Origin: a virus
Virus genome (UHGV): UHGV-0025829
DNA: 39,837 bases
Direction: 5' to 3' (one strand)
The notes beneath the pieces are model-generated. The model was not told where the DNA came from, ran no database searches, and saw only the letters and a list, made by a program, of their open reading frames with translations. The position numbers and the translations under genes are program-made. How positions within the stretch are numbered: position 1 is the stretch's first letter; every line of letters starts with the position of its first letter. This document shows, piece after piece, positions 37,284 through 39,837 of the stretch.

Positions 37284-37547
37284 ATGTCATTGAAAGGTCG
37301 TTTTTTTATCGAAACTTCTGGTGGGACTTTTGTCTATACCAAGGCTGAAATTTTTAATCAGGGGGGAATGCCTGAAAACATCAACCTGAGCGTTTTGTTT
37401 TCCGAACCTGAGAGCGATCAAGCCCACCCAACCGCAATGCGAAATTACACATTTACTCCAGATATGAACTCAGCGGAAAACCTCTGGGTTCAGGGTTATT
37501 CTTATCTGAAAACGCAAACAGATTTTACAGGGGCTGAGGAAATTTAA
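37284..37547 (+). CDS. Hypothetical protein downstream of the tailspike
   Basis: 87 aa starting 4 bp after the tailspike stop. Confidence 0.45.
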   Translation: MSLKGRFFIETSGGTFVYTKAEIFNQGGMPENINLSVLFSEPESDQAHPTAMRNYTFTPDMNSAENLWVQGYSYLKTQTDFTGAEEI

Positions 37548-37674
37548 TGGGATTCCCTGAAGGTCTTGGATAATGCTAAGTATCACTATTACCATTTATT
37601 CATATACGGTTAATTGTGTATGATGAACTTACCCAACTAAGGAGGTTCATCATGCATAGTAAACGGTGGTCATC

Positions 37675-38079
37675 ATGTCTGCATCGCTAACCGCTGATAC
37701 GATAAATCATGGGCTTAGCTACGGTGCGCTGGCGGCAGTCATCGCCGGCGTACCTCCTGAAGTGGCGCTGGGGTCGCTGGCCGGGGCGGTAATTTTTGTT
37801 ACCTCTGCTGTTGAGTATCCGGTCAAGCGTCGCGTTCTCCTGGCGCTACTCAGTTTTCTCTGCGGTCTTCTCTTCTACAAACCCACAGCATCAATCCTTA
37901 TCGGCGTTGCCAGCATGATCCCCACCATCACACAGGACTCGCTCGAGCGGGGAATTGTCTACTCCGCCGGCGCGTTCGTTGCGGCGATTGTCGCTGTGCG
38001 GGTTGGGATATGGCTGTATCACCGCTCTGACAATCCGCGCGATTTAATCCCGGGAGGAAAAGACGATGACAGGCCATGA
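37675..38079 (+). CDS. Holin candidate (multi-TM membrane protein)
   Basis: Three to four hydrophobic segments and a charged C-terminus; first gene of the lysis cassette; GTG 37666 and ATG 37675 are both possible starts. Confidence 0.55.
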   Translation: MSASLTADTINHGLSYGALAAVIAGVPPEVALGSLAGAVIFVTSAVEYPVKRRVLLALLSFLCGLLFYKPTASILIGVASMIPTITQDSLERGIVYSAGAFVAAIVAVRVGIWLYHRSDNPRDLIPGGKDDDRP

Positions 38080-38371
38080 TCTGCTGCTTATCGCTAACGC
38101 AATCATCTGCGGCGGGATAGCGCTGCGGGTGATGTTCTTCCAGCGCAACGGATCGCGCCACCGCCGCTGGGGCGGGTGGATCGCCTATTTCCTCATCGTG
38201 GCTGCGGCCAGTATCCCGCTGCATACCGCGTACTCATACCTGTACCACTTCCCCATGACCGCAGATCTTTCTGAGGTCGTTATCAATGCTGTGATGTTCG
38301 CCGCGGTGCTGAAGACACGCGGCAACGTCGTGCAAATCTTCAAGATATCGAGGTCGCAACATGGACATTAA
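38066..38371 (+). CDS. Second holin / antiholin-like membrane protein
   Basis: 101 aa with three hydrophobic segments; GGGAGG SD. Confidence 0.5.
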   Translation: MTGHDLLLIANAIICGGIALRVMFFQRNGSRHRRWGGWIAYFLIVAAASIPLHTAYSYLYHFPMTADLSEVVINAVMFAAVLKTRGNVVQIFKISRSQHGH

Positions 38372-38990
38372 CGAGTTTCAGAAAGCTGCCGGCGTTAACT
38401 TGTCGCTGGCCACGCGCTGGCATCCGCACATTGTGGCGGCCATGAAAGAGTTTGGCATCATCAAGCCGCTGGATCAGGCGATGTTTATTGCCCAGGCCGG
38501 GCATGAAAGCACTGGCTTTACCCAGCTCGTTGAGAGCTTCAATTACAGCGTGGCGGGGCTGGCTGGTTTCGTCCGTGCCGGGCGACTGACGCAGGGCCAG
38601 GCTAATTCCCTCGGGCGCCGGCAGGGTGAACCATCGTTGCCACTGGAGAGGCAGCGGGCCATTGCCAATCTGGTGTACAGCAAACGCATGGGGAATAACG
38701 GGCCGACAGATGGCTGGTTTTACCGCGGGCGCGGGCTTATCCAGATCACCGGGCTGAACACCTATCGCGACTGCGGCAACGGCTTGAAGGTGGATCTGGT
38801 TAAGCAGCCGGAGCTGCTGGCGCAGGACGAGTATGCAGCGCGGAGCGCGGCGTGGTACTTCGTGAAATATGGATGCCTGAAGTACACCGACGACCTGATG
38901 CGCGTCACGCAGATCATCAACGGCGGGCAGAATGGCATCGACGATCGCCGTGTGCGTTACCTGTCGGCCAAGAAGGTGCTGGCATCATGA
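38361..38990 (+). CDS. Endolysin, glycoside hydrolase family 19 (chitinase-like lysozyme)
   Basis: Motifs FIAQAGHESTGF and YRGRGLIQITG are characteristic of GH19 phage lysins. Confidence 0.8.
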   Translation: MDINEFQKAAGVNLSLATRWHPHIVAAMKEFGIIKPLDQAMFIAQAGHESTGFTQLVESFNYSVAGLAGFVRAGRLTQGQANSLGRRQGEPSLPLERQRAIANLVYSKRMGNNGPTDGWFYRGRGLIQITGLNTYRDCGNGLKVDLVKQPELLAQDEYAARSAAWYFVKYGCLKYTDDLMRVTQIINGGQNGIDDRRVRYLSAKKVLAS

Positions 38991-39487
38991 TCACGGCATT
39001 CGTGAAAGCATACTGGAAACAGTTGCTTATCGTGTCGATGCTTGCTGCTCTGGTGGCCAGCGGCGTTGTCGCCTGGAATATTCACGGTGACAGGCAGTAC
39101 GACGCCGGCTATGCGCAGGCGAAGGCAGACCGCAAAGCAGAAGATGATAAAGCCCGTCAACATGACGAACAGGAGAAAGCAACCAATGAACGAGAAGCGC
39201 AGCAGAAGATCGACCAGGCGCGCAATGATGCTCTTGATGCTGCCGCTCGCGCTGGCCGGCTGCAGCAGCAGCTCGTTGCCATCCGTGAGCAGCTCAGGCA
39301 GTATAACGCCACTGTCGGCGCTGGGACGTCAGCCGCAGACACCGGAGTTTTGCTTGCCGACGTGCTCGAAAAATCTCTCGAACGAAACCGGCAATTGGCA
39401 GAATACGCTGACCGGGCAGCTGAATCCGGAAGAGTCTGTGAACGGCAATATGACGAACTGACGAAGCGGGGCACAATTTCCCGGTGA
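38987..39487 (+). CDS. Rz-like i-spanin
   Basis: ATGA overlap with the endolysin stop; N-terminal TM helix then Gln/Ala-rich coiled coil. Confidence 0.7.
   Translation: MITAFVKAYWKQLLIVSMLAALVASGVVAWNIHGDRQYDAGYAQAKADRKAEDDKARQHDEQEKATNEREAQQKIDQARNDALDAAARAGRLQQQLVAIREQLRQYNATVGAGTSAADTGVLLADVLEKSLERNRQLAEYADRAAESGRVCERQYDELTKRGTISR
39186..39461 (+). CDS. Rz1-like o-spanin lipoprotein embedded in the +1 frame of Rz
   Basis: Arg-rich n-region, hydrophobic core, lipobox LAGC, Ser/Pro-rich mature part; lies wholly inside Rz. Confidence 0.6.
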   Translation: MNEKRSRRSTRRAMMLLMLPLALAGCSSSSLPSVSSSGSITPLSALGRQPQTPEFCLPTCSKNLSNETGNWQNTLTGQLNPEESVNGNMTN

Positions 39488-39564
39488 CGGTATATAAAAC
39501 GGTATCTTGGATTTTGTTTTTAAAAATGTTGTTTTCAGTCAATTGGTTACGATACCTGTAAATA

Positions 39565-39581
39565 ATTGAGTGGGAATGATT
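39565..39581. repeat. attR core candidate (ATTGAGTGGGAATGATT)
   Basis: Exact 17-bp direct repeat of 60..76. Confidence 0.6.
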
Positions 39582-39608
39582 TTGATCCCTGCACTATGAA
39601 TGAACAAA

Positions 39609-39636
39609 ACCCTCTGTTACTACAGAGGGTTTTTTA
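39609..39636. terminator. Host rho-independent terminator between convergent host genes
   Basis: Stem ACCCTCTGT/ACAGAGGGT, loop TACT, then TTTTTT; A-run on the other side. Confidence 0.65.
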
Positions 39637-39673
39637 TCTTCAAGAATTATAGGCTTGAAGTTACTTACATCGA

Positions 39674-39837
39674 TTAATTAAACCAGCTGTCCGATTTGTT
39701 CTCTTCTGCTTTGCCCACGCTTTTCATCAGATCTCGACCGCCCTCAGTCATATTCCTGTTTGCGTCAGCTTCAGATTGCACCACATCGGTTTGCGCAGCT
39801 TTGTGCTTCAGTTCCTGATCGATAAATTCGTTTTCTC
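39674..39837 (-). CDS. Host CDS, 3-prime partial (unknown protein ending ...KAEENKSDSWFN)
   Basis: Open minus-strand frame running to the window edge with stop at 39674..39676. Confidence 0.5.
   Translation of the reverse strand, partial: ENEFIDQELKHKAAQTDVVQSEADANRNMTEGGRDLMKSVGKAEENKSDSWFN

Larger units (their letters stand above)
60..39581. mobile_element. Integrated temperate prophage, about 39.5 kb, T7-like virion module with lambdoid immunity and replication regions
   Basis: Bounded by 17-bp direct repeats; contains integrase, repressor/Cro switch, replication, terminase, portal, capsid, tail and lysis genes in syntenic order. Confidence 0.85.

Noticed and set aside
37629-37643. Fourteenth operator copy before the lysis cassette (TTACCCAACTAAGGA)
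   Set aside because: Only the left half-site matches; the right half is the Shine-Dalgarno sequence. Too weak to call.
1-39837. Insertion sequences, transposases or integron features
   Set aside because: No transposase-like translation and no terminal inverted repeats beyond the prophage att repeats were seen.

Overview
The window is almost entirely one intact-looking temperate prophage of about 39.5 kb (60..39581), flanked by short host segments. It appears to sit in the 3-prime end of a host gene whose C-terminus I recall as GMP synthase (guaA, 1..74); the right flank carries a convergent host CDS (39674..39837). A 17-bp direct repeat (60..76 and 39565..39581) marks the junctions. Gene order left to right: P4-type integrase; a leftward early operon (Ser/Thr phosphatase, MT-A70 adenine methyltransferase, AlpA-like excisionase, RecT, RecE-like nuclease, small ORFs); an immunity switch (two-HTH repressor, operators, Cro-like); replication genes (O-like initiator with internal iterons, P-like loader); small early genes; terminase small and large subunits; a minus-strand moron (tRNA-Arg UCU plus ORF); a T7-like virion module (gp6.7-like, portal, scaffold, capsid, tail tubular A/B, internal core proteins); a cargo island (lipoprotein, AT-rich two-gene cassette, Bro-N antirepressor, LexA-controlled small antirepressor paralog); tailspike; and a lysis cassette (holins, GH19 endolysin, Rz with embedded Rz1). 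The strongest signals not explained by ordinary annotation are a 15-bp palindromic operator (TTACCT-N3-AGGTAA) found at 13 or more promoter and leader positions across the prophage, a 12-bp perfect palindrome GTGACATGTCAC found three times at module boundaries, a near-consensus LexA box in front of the small antirepressor-domain gene, and an AT-rich two-gene cassette of unknown function. All protein calls come from reading the translations and recalling motifs; no database search was possible.
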